The position numbers were made by a program, and so were the translations under genes. Below, piece after piece: positions 9,604-19,163 of a stretch of 64,000 nt of DNA. The notes beneath the pieces are model-generated. The model did not search any database and had not been told where the DNA came from. It saw only the letters and a list, made by a program, of their open reading frames with translations. The number at the start of each line of letters is the position of its first letter. Position 1 is the first letter of the stretch. Location of the stretch: the NCBI GenBank assembly GCA_036787775.1, contig DAIQOR010000001.1, positions 183,286 through 247,285 on the forward strand, in the 5' to 3' direction. Source of the DNA: a bacterium (GTDB lineage Archaea; Nanobdellota; Nanobdellia; Pacearchaeales; GW2011-AR1).

Positions 9604-10308
9604 ATGAAAAAAATACAAATTAATTTATCGAATAAAGTTTTCTACACTTTGGTAAGTATTGCTTTCGTGATTGTTTTAGGCGTCGGGGTTAGTGCCGTTT
9701 GGGCAAATCCAACTACAGGAGTGGGGCATAGTTTGGATGAATTGGCTCCTTGTGGAGCAGGACAATTTTTGAATTATGATGGTACAAAATGGGCTTGTGC
9801 AAGTGGGAATCTACTTTCCCAATCTTGTTCGGAAGGGCAAGTAATGGTTCGAGGAACAGGATATCCTTATGGAAATTGGAAGTGTGCAGATTATGATGGA
9901 AGTCAGTGGATTGTAGTGGGAGATAATATTCATAGAACGGTCGGATATGTTAATATTAAAAAATTAGGTATTGGAGGAAATCCTTCATATCCCTTGCATG
10001 TGCGAGGGAAAGCAGTATTTGAAGATGAGGTTATAATAAAGAAAATTGATAGTGATTTGAGGGTAGAAGGTTCTTTTGGGGTTTACGGGAATGTGATAAA
10101 ATTACCAAAACATGATCATGAACCATATTTCTGTGCCGAATCTCATGCAGGAGAAATGTATTTTGATAGTGCAAATCTTTACAACCATCAATCTTTATGT
10201 ACTTGTTCATACACAAGTACCTATTTTGATTCAAATATGGGTTGGAAATGGGTAACTTTTTTTAGGTATGGTGGTGACAAAAGTGCAATTGTTGTTGAAT
10301 GTGATTAA
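9604..10308 (+). CDS. membrane-anchored/secreted Cys-rich protein, unknown function
   Basis: The probable ATG is at 9604 (the listed ORF starts with TTG at 9592). It has an N-terminal TM and about 12 Cys in the extracellular part. Confidence 0.5.
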   Translation: MKKIQINLSNKVFYTLVSIAFVIVLGVGVSAVWANPTTGVGHSLDELAPCGAGQFLNYDGTKWACASGNLLSQSCSEGQVMVRGTGYPYGNWKCADYDGSQWIVVGDNIHRTVGYVNIKKLGIGGNPSYPLHVRGKAVFEDEVIIKKIDSDLRVEGSFGVYGNVIKLPKHDHEPYFCAESHAGEMYFDSANLYNHQSLCTCSYTSTYFDSNMGWKWVTFFRYGGDKSAIVVECD

Positions 10309-10385
10309 TATAAAAATTAACTTCCTTCTTTCCTCATAATTCTTCTTACCCTCTACAACCAATTTTTTAAAAATAAAGGGTAAAT

Positions 10386-10700
10386 TTATTTTTTAATTGG
10401 TCTAAGAACATCAACTTCCAGTTTGATATAATCTTTAAATTTGGAAAGAGATATTGGAACAATCCAACAATCTTTATATTTTGTATTTAACTTTTCTTTC
10501 TTAACCGCTTCCCAAATTAAATCCGCATAAATCTTAAATGCAATCTTATCTCGATTCAAGTTTAAAATTTCTTTATGCTTATTTTCATCAACATCTAATC
10601 TTAAATTATATGTTCCAATTATTTCAAATTTTTGACCTTTATGAAGAAGTGGAAAATAAAAATTAGGAGTTTTCAGAATTTCAAATTTTTCGTCTTTCAT
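10386..10700 (-). CDS. hypothetical protein
   Basis: It is a 104-aa ORF with coding-like composition and no recognisable motif. Confidence 0.4.
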   Translation of the reverse strand: MKDEKFEILKTPNFYFPLLHKGQKFEIIGTYNLRLDVDENKHKEILNLNRDKIAFKIYADLIWEAVKKEKLNTKYKDCWIVPISLSKFKDYIKLEVDVLRPIKK

Positions 10701-10806
10701 ACTTTTCCAAAAATCTATCTCTATAAATAATTCTCTGTAAACTTAGAAATAACAACAAACCCTCTTAAAAATTTATAAACTCTTTTTTCTTCTTAATTAA
10801 AAGAGA

Positions 10807-11763
10807 ATGAAACACAATCTAAAAATTACATTCATACTTCTTGCAATGTTTTTAGTAACGCAGTTCATAGGTTTAGCCGTTCTAAAGGCAGACATTTTTC
10901 ATCTTGAAATGCAAAACCCCGACGGCACAACCGAGTCCGTTCCAAATCCTTACCTCTCTTGGATTCAACCTCCCGAGATAGAAAATCAAACACAATCGGC
11001 AAGCATGTTCGGTCAAATAATTCTCGCATTCATGATGGCAATTTTCCTAATGTTCTTACTAAGTAAATTCAAAGTAGAATTCTTCCTCAAACTCTGGTTC
11101 TTCGTCGTCGTAATCGTCGCACTTTTCCTTTGCTTCTACGCTTTCGAAAAACTCGTCCCATTCATGATTCCATTAAAATATTCTTTAGTAATTCCTCTAA
11201 TCATCGCAATCCCTCTCGCCTTCGTGAAAATCTACCGAAAACAATTCCTCGTCCACAATTTAACAGAACTCTTAGTTTACCCCGGAATCTCGGTAGTTTT
11301 CATCCCCCTACTAAATATTTACACAATGATAATTTTACTAATCTTAATTTCAATCTACGACGCATGGGCAGTGTGGCACTCGGGCTTCATGCAAAAAATG
11401 GCAAAATACCAAATTGAAAAATTACAAATCTTCTCCGGCTTCTTCGTGCCCTACGCTTCAAAGAAAACAAAAGACAAAATACAAAAATGGAAAGAAACAC
11501 TTCCAAAATCAGAATTAATAAAAAAGAAAATAAAAGTAAACATGGCAATCCTCGGCGGGGGCGATGTAATTTTTCCAATAATAACGGCAGGAGTTTTCTA
11601 CAACGCCTACGGATTAGCACACGCACTCTCAGTCACAGCCGGAGCAACACTCGGATTAACTTATTTATTCTTCTTCGCAGAAAAAAAGAAATTCTACCCC
11701 GCAATGCCTTTCATCACCGCAGGAATGTTTTTAGGAATAGCGTTAGCATTCCTTATATTTTAA
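10807..11763 (+). CDS. presenilin / signal-peptide-peptidase-like GxGD intramembrane aspartyl protease (A22 family)
   Basis: It is a multi-TM protein with YD (SIYDAWAVW), GxGD (LGGGDVIFP) and a PAL-like PAMP motif in the expected order. Confidence 0.6.
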   Translation: MKHNLKITFILLAMFLVTQFIGLAVLKADIFHLEMQNPDGTTESVPNPYLSWIQPPEIENQTQSASMFGQIILAFMMAIFLMFLLSKFKVEFFLKLWFFVVVIVALFLCFYAFEKLVPFMIPLKYSLVIPLIIAIPLAFVKIYRKQFLVHNLTELLVYPGISVVFIPLLNIYTMIILLILISIYDAWAVWHSGFMQKMAKYQIEKLQIFSGFFVPYASKKTKDKIQKWKETLPKSELIKKKIKVNMAILGGGDVIFPIITAGVFYNAYGLAHALSVTAGATLGLTYLFFFAEKKKFYPAMPFITAGMFLGIALAFLIF

Positions 11764-12179
11764 CTAAATTTAAGAATTTCCGGCAATCCGGCATTTTTTC
11801 TTAGACTCATTCGTTCCAAATATCTTTTATAATTCATTTCATCACAAATACTTTTTAACCAACCCTCTTCAATTATTTCAATTTCTGAATACTGTTTCAA
11901 GCTAACCAAAAACTCTTCATGTTTGATTCCCATAATTGTTCGGTTGTTTACTGCAATCAGGCCAACGTGCGGATTAAAAATTCCATCAAAACCGGCAATT
12001 TCAATTAATTTTCCTGCATGACGATTATTTTTTTCATCACATAAAATAATATATTTTCCTAAATATCTATTAATATTTTTAATAGGATTGTTCACATATT
12101 CATCTAAAGGATTTTTTCTACCTGTAAAACCAAATGGGTTGTGTACTATTATTTTATCATCAGGTTTTTCATCATCCAT
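11760..12179 (-). CDS. hypothetical protein
   Basis: 139-aa ORF with no motif recognised. Confidence 0.4.
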   Translation of the reverse strand: MDDEKPDDKIIVHNPFGFTGRKNPLDEYVNNPIKNINRYLGKYIILCDEKNNRHAGKLIEIAGFDGIFNPHVGLIAVNNRTIMGIKHEEFLVSLKQYSEIEIIEEGWLKSICDEMNYKRYLERMSLRKNAGLPEILKFS

Positions 12180-12299
12180 TATTTCCCTAAATTTTTCTCA
12201 CTTATAAACATTTCTATCCTGTTCTTACTCTGAAAAAGTAACAATATAGAAACATTTATAAACCTGGATTTTCAAGTACAAAAAGGAAGTAGTAACAAA

Positions 12300-13085
12300 A
12301 TGTTAATAAAACAAGATTTAATAAACAAAATCAAAGACTATTTTGATTTGAATATTTACGAGACAAAGGTCTGGTTAGCTTTGCTTGGAAAAGGAATAGC
12401 GTCGGCAGGAGAGATAGCAGAAATCTCAGGCGTCCCAAGATCAAGAACATATGATGTTTTAGAATCATTAGACAAGAGAGGATTTGCAATCGTTAAATTA
12501 GGAAAGCCAGTAAAATACATCGGAGTAAAACCCAAAGTAATTCTAGAAAAATTAAAAAACAACGTCAAAGACGAAGCAAAAGAAAAAATAATCGAATTAT
12601 CAAGAGTAAAAGACACCGAAGAATACACAAAATTAGAAGAACTTTACACCGGCGGAATCGACCCCGTAAGAAGAGAAGACATCTCAGCATCGCTAAAAGG
12701 AAAGTCAAACATCTCAAACTACTTAAGAGAAATAATCGCCGAAGCAAAAAAAGAAGTAATAATCTGTGCGAACGTAGAAGAATTACTTTCTAAAGCAAAA
12801 ATCTTCCAGCAAACATTTAGCGAGTTAAAAAAATCAAACATAACTTTGAAAATAGCTTTATCTGGAGAAGACGCATTAATAAAAGAAGCAACACAAAAAT
12901 TCGAAATGAAATTCAAAAAAATAAACATCGACGCAAAATTCTTCATAATTGACAGAAAAGAAATTTTATTCTACTTATCAAAAGACAAGAACAACGAGGA
13001 AATTGCAGTCTGGTTAAATTCGGAATTCTTCGCAGAAGCTTTCGCTTCACTTTTCGACAACGCGATGAAACAAGGAGGTCTTTAA
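12300..13085 (+). CDS. trmB: TrmB-family transcriptional regulator
   Basis: The N-terminal wHTH (YETKVWLALLGKGIASAGEIAEISGVPRSRTYDVLESLDKRGF) is typical of TrmB. Confidence 0.75.
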   Translation: MLIKQDLINKIKDYFDLNIYETKVWLALLGKGIASAGEIAEISGVPRSRTYDVLESLDKRGFAIVKLGKPVKYIGVKPKVILEKLKNNVKDEAKEKIIELSRVKDTEEYTKLEELYTGGIDPVRREDISASLKGKSNISNYLREIIAEAKKEVIICANVEELLSKAKIFQQTFSELKKSNITLKIALSGEDALIKEATQKFEMKFKKINIDAKFFIIDRKEILFYLSKDKNNEEIAVWLNSEFFAEAFASLFDNAMKQGGL

Positions 13086-13418
13086 ATGGATCCCAAAAAT
13101 ATTCCAAAAGTTCTTCCAAGAGATATGCTCAGGGTAGATACTTACATTAACATGGAGGGTGAAAGACCAACAATTTTTTTCCCCGATGCGGGAGTTTTAT
13201 ATGGAAGATTAGGAGAGACGGAATCAATAGAATTGATTCAAGTGGGAGTTGGAGAGGAACAACATCTTAGAAATTTAGTTAATCGAGGCATTAGAAAAGC
13301 AGAACTAAACCTCTTTCCTGAAACACTTATACGAAAAGAAATAACTCCCGACCAAGATAGAATATACCCTCAATTAAGATTTTCTTTAGTTAATCACAAA
13401 TCTTGGTATCCTAAATAA
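13086..13418 (+). CDS. hypothetical protein
   Basis: It is a 110-aa ORF directly following trmB, and its 3' end overlaps the 3' end of cca by 8 nt. Confidence 0.4.
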   Translation: MDPKNIPKVLPRDMLRVDTYINMEGERPTIFFPDAGVLYGRLGETESIELIQVGVGEEQHLRNLVNRGIRKAELNLFPETLIRKEITPDQDRIYPQLRFSLVNHKSWYPK

Positions 13419-14685
13419 AAATAATCTCCAAACTCTCAATATACATCTCATTCATTCTTTTCCCGTTCTTCCTTTTCCAACTTTTAATAAAATCTTCTAA
13501 ACCAAAATCAATTTTTTCCTTCGCGTAAAGTTTCCCTTTCTTCTCAAAAGTTTTCTTATGCTCCTTCTTAAATTTCTGAACATTTTTCTTATCTTTCAAA
13601 AAAGGACCATTAAACAAAATCTCCTTTTTCGCCTTCCCGACAAATCCAAACTCCGCACTTTGCTCGTGTTCATAAACAAATTCCGCTTTCTTCAAATCAA
13701 AAAATTTCTCAATCTCCTTCTGCAAATGTTTGTAAAATTTCAATAACTTCGTGCCAGCGACGTCACCTTCTTGTTTATTCGTGCTAACTTTCAACAAAAC
13801 AAAATCACTCTTCGCAGTTTTCCTCATTTTTTCAAAATCAATTTTCTCAAGTTCAAAATTCTTCAAAGAAGGATTCTTCAAAAACTCTACGCAATCTTTC
13901 TTAAACTTTTCAAAAGTCTCGTCGGACAAAGCCGCCAGAACATTTCTCTGCTTATGCGTCGGGTCAATCAAAATAATCGGAGAAAGCAATTTAGAACCAT
14001 TCAAATCCAAAAGAATTTCCTTTTTATTTTTGAAATCCTTCTCGAGGTCTATAACTATTTTATCCTTTTTATGTTTAGCAACTTCCTTAACAAATTTCAA
14101 AAAACTCCCGTAATGATAAATTAATAATTCCAAACCATAACCCGAAAAACCATTTATGTAAGACTCCGCCCCGTAACATTTATTCGCATGACAAAACGCC
14201 TTCGCAACCTTTATATCGTCGAGAATCTTACCTTTAACCTTGCTATTCACATATTTTACATGGCTATAAGATAAATCAGTTATATTGTCCGCTTCCTTAG
14301 GATTTTTAATTTTTTTAACAGGAATAATTTCTATAGAAAACGAAGGTGCCACGCTAATCCGAAAATAATCCCGAGAACCATGAACTTTTGAAACGTGCTC
14401 AAAATTTTTCAACAACTTTTCCAACAATTCTTCTTTAGTTTTATCGTCGTATTTTGCGTCAAATCTCACAAAAACATCAACATCGTAAACCCCTTTTTTT
14501 ATCATAGTTTTTTTAGCAACACTTCCTCCAACAAAAATTTCCGCATCAACTTTTCCTTTCTGCAATTCTTTTCCAAACTTCTCCAAAAAATCTTTAACAG
14601 AATCATCAATTAATTTCAAATCTTCATGAGGAGGATTAACTTTTTCTAAAACTTGTTTTAATATTAAATCAATTTTATTCACCAT
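13411..14685 (-). CDS. cca: CCA-adding enzyme (archaeal class I tRNA nucleotidyltransferase)
   Basis: It has the GGSVAKKT...DVDVFV nucleotidyltransferase motif. Length and architecture match archaeal CCA enzymes. Confidence 0.8.
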   Translation of the reverse strand: MVNKIDLILKQVLEKVNPPHEDLKLIDDSVKDFLEKFGKELQKGKVDAEIFVGGSVAKKTMIKKGVYDVDVFVRFDAKYDDKTKEELLEKLLKNFEHVSKVHGSRDYFRISVAPSFSIEIIPVKKIKNPKEADNITDLSYSHVKYVNSKVKGKILDDIKVAKAFCHANKCYGAESYINGFSGYGLELLIYHYGSFLKFVKEVAKHKKDKIVIDLEKDFKNKKEILLDLNGSKLLSPIILIDPTHKQRNVLAALSDETFEKFKKDCVEFLKNPSLKNFELEKIDFEKMRKTAKSDFVLLKVSTNKQEGDVAGTKLLKFYKHLQKEIEKFFDLKKAEFVYEHEQSAEFGFVGKAKKEILFNGPFLKDKKNVQKFKKEHKKTFEKKGKLYAKEKIDFGLEDFIKSWKRKNGKRMNEMYIESLEIIFI

Positions 14686-14717
14686 TAAAAAAAGAACATT
14701 TCAATCTATAAAAAGCT

Positions 14718-15125
14718 TCACTTATCAGGATCTCTAATCTGTTTCAAATCCCGCGCGTCGCCCTTAAACGAAGTAGACAAATCAATAATATATTTTCCCT
14801 CTTCTAATTTGTAAACTAATGGCCTATCTTTCTTAAATAAATTAACAAGGTCAATCTCGAATTTCCCTGAACCAACAGCCCGCACAGATTCAAAATCCAA
14901 AATAACCGGAGCATCAGCGTCGACAATTCCGGCCATTTCTCGAATATCTTTTTCAATTGTAACTTTATCTTCTTCAAGAATTTCTATAGGTTTTTCTTTT
15001 ATCCTTTCAAGCTGGTCATCCCGAATATAGAAAAAAAACTTCCCACCACAATTCCCACACCCTTCTATTAATTCCTTATTTGCGGATGGAAGAATTCTCG
15101 AACATTTTACACATTGGTGAGGCAT
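14718..15125 (-). CDS. Zn-ribbon protein (DUF2072-like)
   Basis: It has CxxC...CGNCGG. It is the first member of a conserved archaeal triad with the two downstream genes. Confidence 0.5.
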   Translation of the reverse strand: MPHQCVKCSRILPSANKELIEGCGNCGGKFFFYIRDDQLERIKEKPIEILEEDKVTIEKDIREMAGIVDADAPVILDFESVRAVGSGKFEIDLVNLFKKDRPLVYKLEEGKYIIDLSTSFKGDARDLKQIRDPDK

Positions 15126-15168
15126 AAATAACCAAAGAACTTTATCTTAATAAATTTATCTATAAATT

Positions 15169-15582
15169 TCACCCATTAAGCAACAACTCAATCTTCTTAG
15201 GGTTTCTTTTTATCTCTTTAACTATCGAAGCAGGACCAATAATTGTTATAGCACTCATATCTCCTCCAGAAAGCGCGTTAGCCAAACCTTTTTTCATTTT
15301 GAAAAAAACACTCTCTTCGCCGTTTCCACCAATAACCGCCAATTCAATTCCCTTAAAATTTTTAACATGATCAATCATTGCCATAGTGTCTCCAATTAAT
15401 CTCGTCTCTTCTTCCGCCTTCAATTTTCCCTGCAAAATCAAAATATTATTTCCAAGAACAATATTCAAAATTTTTCTAATTCTCTCGTCGCTACTAAGAG
15501 TTCGAATCTCGGAATAGGGTAAAAACTGAATAGAAAAACCTTTTATCTTTCCCAAATCATTTCCCCCCTTTTTATTTCCCAT
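15169..15582 (-). CDS. conserved archaeal protein (DUF2073-like)
   Basis: It lies between the Zn-ribbon and GTPase genes. No catalytic motif was found. Confidence 0.4.
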   Translation of the reverse strand: MGNKKGGNDLGKIKGFSIQFLPYSEIRTLSSDERIRKILNIVLGNNILILQGKLKAEEETRLIGDTMAMIDHVKNFKGIELAVIGGNGEESVFFKMKKGLANALSGGDMSAITIIGPASIVKEIKRNPKKIELLLNG

Positions 15583-15612
15583 TTTATAAATAAGCTTTTT
15601 CGCTTTTTAACT

Positions 15613-16257
15613 TTACCTCTTTTTAACTAATCTAAAAACTGCTTCGTAAAAATCTTCAAGATTTTTACCTGTTCTTGCACTGATTCCAACAGTTTCATAT
15701 TCTGGAAAAGCCGATTCAATTTTTTTCAAATCTGCCTTTTTTAAATCAATTTTATTTGCGACAATCAAAACAGGAATATCCCGCGCAGCCAAATTCCCGA
15801 TAATAGTAATATTAACTTGATTATAAGGATTTTCCGATGAATCCAAAACAACAACTACCACATCCATATCATCCAACCATTTTATACTTTCAATAATTCC
15901 CTGAGTCGCTTCCTTCGCCCTTTTTTTCGCGTCATTTTTATTAACTTTATATTTCAAAAAATCTTCGTAATCAATCTTAGTCGCAATTCCGGGCGTATCA
16001 ATCATTTTAAACATCATAGACTTCCCTTTATATTTTATTTCAACCTGTTCTTTAAACTGAACATTTCGAGTTTCGTGCGGAATTTTACTCACTGTTCCAA
16101 TTTCTTCCCCTGTAAAATCCTTACAAATTCTATTAGCCAAACTCGTCTTTCCCGCATTCGGAGGACCATAAAAACCCATTTTTATTTCCTTATTTCCCTC
16201 CTTAAACAAACTCGAGAACATCCTACTAAAGAAATTCTTTAATATTTTTACCACCAT
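15613..16257 (-). CDS. small GTP-binding protein
   Basis: It has G1 GPPNAGKTS, G3 DTPG and G4 NKID. Confidence 0.7.
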   Translation of the reverse strand: MVVKILKNFFSRMFSSLFKEGNKEIKMGFYGPPNAGKTSLANRICKDFTGEEIGTVSKIPHETRNVQFKEQVEIKYKGKSMMFKMIDTPGIATKIDYEDFLKYKVNKNDAKKRAKEATQGIIESIKWLDDMDVVVVVLDSSENPYNQVNITIIGNLAARDIPVLIVANKIDLKKADLKKIESAFPEYETVGISARTGKNLEDFYEAVFRLVKKR

Positions 16258-16311
16258 ATTATAAATTTGTCATTTAGCTTTATTAAGTTTTGTATAATTT
16301 TTCTTATATTT

Positions 16312-17640
16312 CTAAATCGGCATACCAGTTTTCTTCCCCGCGTACTTCTTCATAACATAACTAATTTTCTCAGAACTCCAGCCCGCCTTTTTCAAATTCT
16401 TTTCAATATCCGAATTATTCATTTTCTTTTGCTTTGAACTATGTACATAAGAAACCATATTATACAAATCATTCTTATTCGGAAACAAATGTGCCTCGTA
16501 TTTTTTATCATACCAAATTTTCAAAAAGACATAAACTCCAACGCCAATTCCCAATAAAAGAATTAAAATTAAAGTAAACCAAACCCATTTAGAAATTCCT
16601 TCAACAATCTCTCCGCCACTACCACTCGAAACCGATAAATCTTCTAAAGCAGGAGAAATAAAAACCGGCAAATTTTCAAAACCAATATCCTGAGTTGTAG
16701 AAAAAATTATTTTCTTAACCGAATCCTTAATTTCAATTCCAACCGAACCAGATTTTTTCTTTTCCCCGTAACTTTTATCAAATTTCAAATTCTCCAAATC
16801 ATCAACAATCAAATACGGAACCAAACCGCCCTTATTATTAAAACCCATTTCAAAAACATTTAACACATTAACTTTCTCGCCATCAATGTAAGCCGAATAT
16901 TTCTTGTAACTAAAAGTAGATTCAAAATCATTATTATACCAGTAATAAATCGCGTCGACATATTGTTCGTTCGTCCCTTCTTTAGTTCCCGAACCAAGTT
17001 CTTCCAAAGCACTCAAATCAATTTTTGACTCCTCAAAATAAAACGGCGAATTCGCAAGACTCTCGCTAACATAAATTGATTGCGGAATATTAATATCTAA
17101 AAGCAAAGACAAAAGCTCCTCATAATTCGCATCACTGCTCGCCGAAGCGTTCTTTTTCTGAACATTCGCAATCGCAAGTTCAATATCACCCAAGCCCAAA
17201 GCACTCTTCAAAGAATCGCCATAAAAAACATTCTGAGCAGAAATAAAAGCAGAAACATTTTTCAATTGAGTTAATTTCTCAGTCATCAAAGATTGGGCCT
17301 TCGCCTTAGCCGGAAGCACCTCAACATCAAAAGTCCCAGTATAAGTCACATTCTTAGAATCCGTAAAATTAATTTTCAAATCGTAATCACCAGTTTCATT
17401 ATATGTGTAAATTATATTCCCCACAGAAGTAGTTTTTTTATCGCCGTTTCCAAAATCCCAATTAAAGATTTTTATTGTTGTTTCATTCGTTTCTATACTA
17501 TTTAAAACTCGGAATGGTTGAGAAAATCCCACATAAGTTACCGAGGGGTACACAAGAATTTCTGCTTCCGCACTAACACTCCCAATCGTAAAAACCAAAA
17601 CCATCAAAACAAAAACAAATCCCGCAATTCTTTTTAACAT
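16312..17640 (-). CDS. cell-surface protein with PKD-like domain and C-terminal TM anchor
   Basis: It has an N-terminal signal, a PKD-like WDFGNGD...GDY segment and a C-terminal TM helix plus basic tail. Confidence 0.55.
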   Translation of the reverse strand: MLKRIAGFVFVLMVLVFTIGSVSAEAEILVYPSVTYVGFSQPFRVLNSIETNETTIKIFNWDFGNGDKKTTSVGNIIYTYNETGDYDLKINFTDSKNVTYTGTFDVEVLPAKAKAQSLMTEKLTQLKNVSAFISAQNVFYGDSLKSALGLGDIELAIANVQKKNASASSDANYEELLSLLLDINIPQSIYVSESLANSPFYFEESKIDLSALEELGSGTKEGTNEQYVDAIYYWYNNDFESTFSYKKYSAYIDGEKVNVLNVFEMGFNNKGGLVPYLIVDDLENLKFDKSYGEKKKSGSVGIEIKDSVKKIIFSTTQDIGFENLPVFISPALEDLSVSSGSGGEIVEGISKWVWFTLILILLLGIGVGVYVFLKIWYDKKYEAHLFPNKNDLYNMVSYVHSSKQKKMNNSDIEKNLKKAGWSSEKISYVMKKYAGKKTGMPI

Positions 17641-17641
17641 T

Positions 17642-19129
17642 TTATTTTCTCCTTCTCCAAATAAAATAAACTAAAAACACACAAACAAAACTTATTATGA
17701 AATTATAAAATCCAAAGAAAGGAACCAACGCTCCCTGAGCACCGCACGGCACAAGTTTATTCAAAATTCCTCCACAAGTTCCATCATCAGGATTAGGTGT
17801 AGAAACAACCTTAATACTATCTCCCTGCTTAACGCAAGTTCCTATTTTTTGCTGACTCCAAGAGCAATCATCAAAAAGGGGAAGGCAATCTCCATCCAAA
17901 CAATCGTCACAATTTGAATTTGCCGTAGGGCTCGCTTCAGTAATTGTTTGGTTACATTCGTTATTTTCCCAAACACATCCAAAAGTTCTGTCCATTGAAC
18001 AAAGATCATCATACTTGTAAACATCTTCATCGAATCCAACATATGATTCATCCTCAACACAAGCATCTGCAGAAGTGTAATCAGAGCACATAAAAATTTC
18101 TCTTCCCATGCCACTAAAATCGAAATAAACAACCTGACTTTGATAATATACTATATTATTATCATTTTTATCTACAACTTTAAAATAAATTTCCACTTTT
18201 CCATCTTCTCCAGCAGACTCAATCGCATTTACTATTTCCGGAGTTAATTCCATCTCCTCACTAATTGTCCCCTCTCCTAAAACAAAATGCCCAAGACCGA
18301 CCGGAGCATCACCAATTTTTACAACATTATCTTCGAATGGATCTTCTTCCCACAAATCAAAATAAACTTGTTTATTATAATAATCTATTTCAGGATTTTC
18401 CAAAACAAATTTCATTTTATAACCTGCATCCAAACTAATTCTTGCAGTCTTTGTACTAGATAAAAAAGCTCCATTAGGATCAGCGATATAAACATTTAGA
18501 GCTCCAGAAGAAGGAACACAAGTTCTATCCGCACAAGTTTCTGTAGGAGCACATGCAGGATCACAATCATCATCTGAATCTTCACAACCACCTGTTGAAG
18601 GATTACAAGTTTCTCCAACCTCACAATTAACATTTGCACAAAGATCATCAACTACAACATCAACATCACACCAGATCTTCACAGGATAATTAGCATCATT
18701 TTCATAAGAAATATGTGCATTGGTTTCATCGGACAGACTTAACAAAATATTTTTCCCTGTAATTGGAATAGATGTTCCAACTTCACAATTCATCTGAGAA
18801 AAATCCAATTTATTATTAATATAATGTTCAAAATCTGAAGTAAAAGCATGAGCATTGTCCTGACTACTGAGATAAACTAAAACGTTATCGTAAGCTCCAA
18901 TATGAACCTCATCACAAACAACAGCCCAATCATAAATATTTAATGATATATCTCCTCCAGTTCCAACACCAATCTCTCCATGAGCATTTGTCGGCGAAGA
19001 TAACCTAACAATAGTCTTTTCTGGATTTGAAGCTCCATATGGATCATTAGTCAAACGACAATCAGAACTAACAAACCCAATTAAAAATAATCCCAACACC
19101 AAAACTAAAAAACCTCTTTTCAAATCCAT
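17642..19129 (-). CDS. Cys-rich secreted surface protein with C-terminal TM anchor
   Basis: It has an N-terminal signal, many Cys/Asp clusters and a C-terminal hydrophobic anchor followed by RRRK. Confidence 0.55.
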   Translation of the reverse strand: MDLKRGFLVLVLGLFLIGFVSSDCRLTNDPYGASNPEKTIVRLSSPTNAHGEIGVGTGGDISLNIYDWAVVCDEVHIGAYDNVLVYLSSQDNAHAFTSDFEHYINNKLDFSQMNCEVGTSIPITGKNILLSLSDETNAHISYENDANYPVKIWCDVDVVVDDLCANVNCEVGETCNPSTGGCEDSDDDCDPACAPTETCADRTCVPSSGALNVYIADPNGAFLSSTKTARISLDAGYKMKFVLENPEIDYYNKQVYFDLWEEDPFEDNVVKIGDAPVGLGHFVLGEGTISEEMELTPEIVNAIESAGEDGKVEIYFKVVDKNDNNIVYYQSQVVYFDFSGMGREIFMCSDYTSADACVEDESYVGFDEDVYKYDDLCSMDRTFGCVWENNECNQTITEASPTANSNCDDCLDGDCLPLFDDCSWSQQKIGTCVKQGDSIKVVSTPNPDDGTCGGILNKLVPCGAQGALVPFFGFYNFIISFVCVFLVYFIWRRRK

Positions 19130-19163
19130 AACAATTAATAGTATTCTTTGTTTAAAAATATTC

